Below are positions 59,875-64,000 of a DNA stretch of 64,000 nt, piece after piece. Where the stretch lies: the NCBI GenBank assembly GCA_963778815.1, contig CAVZVS010000003.1, positions 320,054 through 384,053 on the forward strand, given 5' to 3'. The notes under the pieces were generated by a model, which was not told the origin of the DNA, searched no databases, and was given only the letters and a program-made list of their open reading frames with translations. Each line of letters begins with the position of its first letter. The first letter of the stretch is position 1. This stretch comes from an uncultured Chloroflexia bacterium (GTDB taxonomy: Bacteria; Chloroflexota; Limnocylindria; Limnocylindrales; CSP1-4). Made by a program: the position numbers and the translations under genes.

Positions 59875-60219
59875 TCAGCGCGCCCGCTCGTAGCGGGCGA
59901 TCTCGCGCAGGAGTCGGTCGATCGCCTCGAGAAAGGGCTCCGTGACCTCGGGCGGCAGGGCGTCCCGGACCGAATCCTTGGGACCGTACGCCGACCGCGA
60001 GCGAACCGCGGCGCGCCGCAGGTCGCTCAGGTCGCCGTCGCGGAGCACATCCGGGACCCCGCCGAGCTCCTTCGCCCAGCGGGCCACGCCGGGCAGCGCG
60101 ATCCGCTCCGCCGCGACGACCATGAGCCGATCGCCGGCCCGGGCCGCCGTCAGTGCCCGTTCATCGATGAGGGGGATCTCGTGGCGGGCCGGTCGATGAG
60201 CGCGGGCGACGTCGGCCAT
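59875..60219 (-). CDS. Hypothetical protein (114 aa) immediately downstream of uvrA
   Basis: The ORF starts 2 nt after the uvrA stop and has a balanced, coding-like composition (MADVARAHRPARHEIPLIDERALTAARAGDRLMVVAAERIALPGVARWAKELGG...). I recognise no family. Confidence 0.45.
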   Translation of the reverse strand: MADVARAHRPARHEIPLIDERALTAARAGDRLMVVAAERIALPGVARWAKELGGVPDVLRDGDLSDLRRAAVRSRSAYGPKDSVRDALPPEVTEPFLEAIDRLLREIARYERAR

Positions 60220-60221
60220 CG

Positions 60222-63305
<3,084 letters not shown>

Positions 63306-63432
63306 CTCCCGCTCAGTGTAGCCGACTCGAGCGAAACAGAACGGGCGTTCAGGGTGCCTGGAGCGTCGAACGAGCAGCGATAGCCCCGGTCTATCCTCAA
63401 CCGCCGGCTTCATCGGGCTGACGGGAGGGTGC

Positions 63433-64000
63433 ATGCAACGAGCGCGGTCGCCCTGGGGCGCGCTGACCGTCGCGGTCCTCGCGGCCTGCCTTGGCGTCCT
63501 CGCGGTCTTTCTGGTCGTGCGGGCGTCGACACCGGCCGAGCAGGCCTTCGTGTCGATCGATCAGTGGGACTGGTCGGTGGACGGGACGGTGGTGCGATCC
63601 GTGGCCACCGAGACGATCCCGGTCGACCGCCACCTGGCCGACGGCGATGCGGTCCTGACCATCGACGACGTGACCCTCGAAGCCTGGGCCCAGGCGGCCG
63701 TCGACCCGGCCCTGGCGGCCCCGTTCACGCCCGAGCCGGACGCGCCGCTCCGTTTCGGGGTCATCCGAGCCGGCGCGCCCACTACCCTCACGATCCAGCC
63801 GGCGCCGTTCCCGATCGGGACCGTCCTGGCCACCGGCTGGCCGCTGGTCCTTTTCGCCAGCCTGCTCGTGCTCGTGTCCGGGTTCATCGTCATCCGCCGG
63901 CCCGACCTCGCCATCGCCCGCGTCCTCATCATCGGCTCGGTCGGCAACCTGGCCAGCGCGATCCCTTGGCAGCTGGGCCTCGAGCCGACCGACCTCGTCC
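63433..64000 (+). CDS. Hypothetical membrane protein, 5' part (open to the right edge)
   Basis: Not in the ORF track because there is no stop before the window ends. The ATG at 63433 gives [32 protein letters not shown]...[16 protein letters not shown]...[23 protein letters not shown]. The layout is TM, extracytoplasmic segment of about 110 aa, then further TM segments. It is divergent from uvrA. Confidence 0.45.
   Translation, partial: MQRARSPWGALTVAVLAACLGVLAVFLVVRASTPAEQAFVSIDQWDWSVDGTVVRSVATETIPVDRHLADGDAVLTIDDVTLEAWAQAAVDPALAAPFTPEPDAPLRFGVIRAGAPTTLTIQPAPFPIGTVLATGWPLVLFASLLVLVSGFIVIRRPDLAIARVLIIGSVGNLASAIPWQLGLEPTDLV

Overview
This is a high-GC (roughly 70% by eye) bacterial chromosomal segment. 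The gene content looks terrabacterial or Actinomycetota-like: a whiA-yvcK-rapZ cluster, an LCP protein, Flp pilins and a type-2 IleRS. I cannot place the taxon more precisely. I support about 57 protein-coding genes and 8 tRNA genes, and almost all of them are on the minus strand in tightly coupled arrays with many 4-nt ATGA/GTGA overlaps.

Most of the window is core housekeeping:
- Recombination and repair: rsmD-recG, priA, recJ, uvrC, a UvrD-like helicase, uvrA.
- Translation: rpmB, rlmN, fmt-def, rluD, ileS, rpsF-ssb-rpsR.
- Secretion: lspA, secG, tatA-tatC, secD-secF.
- Metabolism: rpe, gmk, ilvE, tpiA-gpmI, pyrF.
- Cell-cycle cluster: whiA-yvcK-rapZ.

I found no rRNA genes, CRISPR arrays, transposases, integrases or recognisable defence systems. 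Accessory-looking content sits in two patches that look lower in GC.
1. 27.4-32.9 kb holds an orphan REC-CpaE ATPase, two diverged Flp pilin paralogs, an MFS pump, a DUF2252 remnant and a KcsA-like K+ channel, bounded by tRNA genes.
2. 57.7-59.9 kb holds a three-gene cassette between a UvrD-like helicase and uvrA. It encodes a TasA/camelysin-like protein, a SipW-type signal peptidase, and an RTX-repeat protein with a Pro/Thr-rich tail. Both flanking proteins carry SipW-cognate-looking signal peptides. This is the best candidate here for an uncharacterised system.

A separate point affects how the whole window is read. Four conserved genes (asp23, rlmN, priA, rluD) are each split by an apparent single-nucleotide frameshift, and tRNA-Gln has an 8-nt T-loop. 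This suggests either assembly indel errors or real gene decay. The very long antisense or alternate-frame ORFs in the track are typical high-GC artefacts, and I rejected them.
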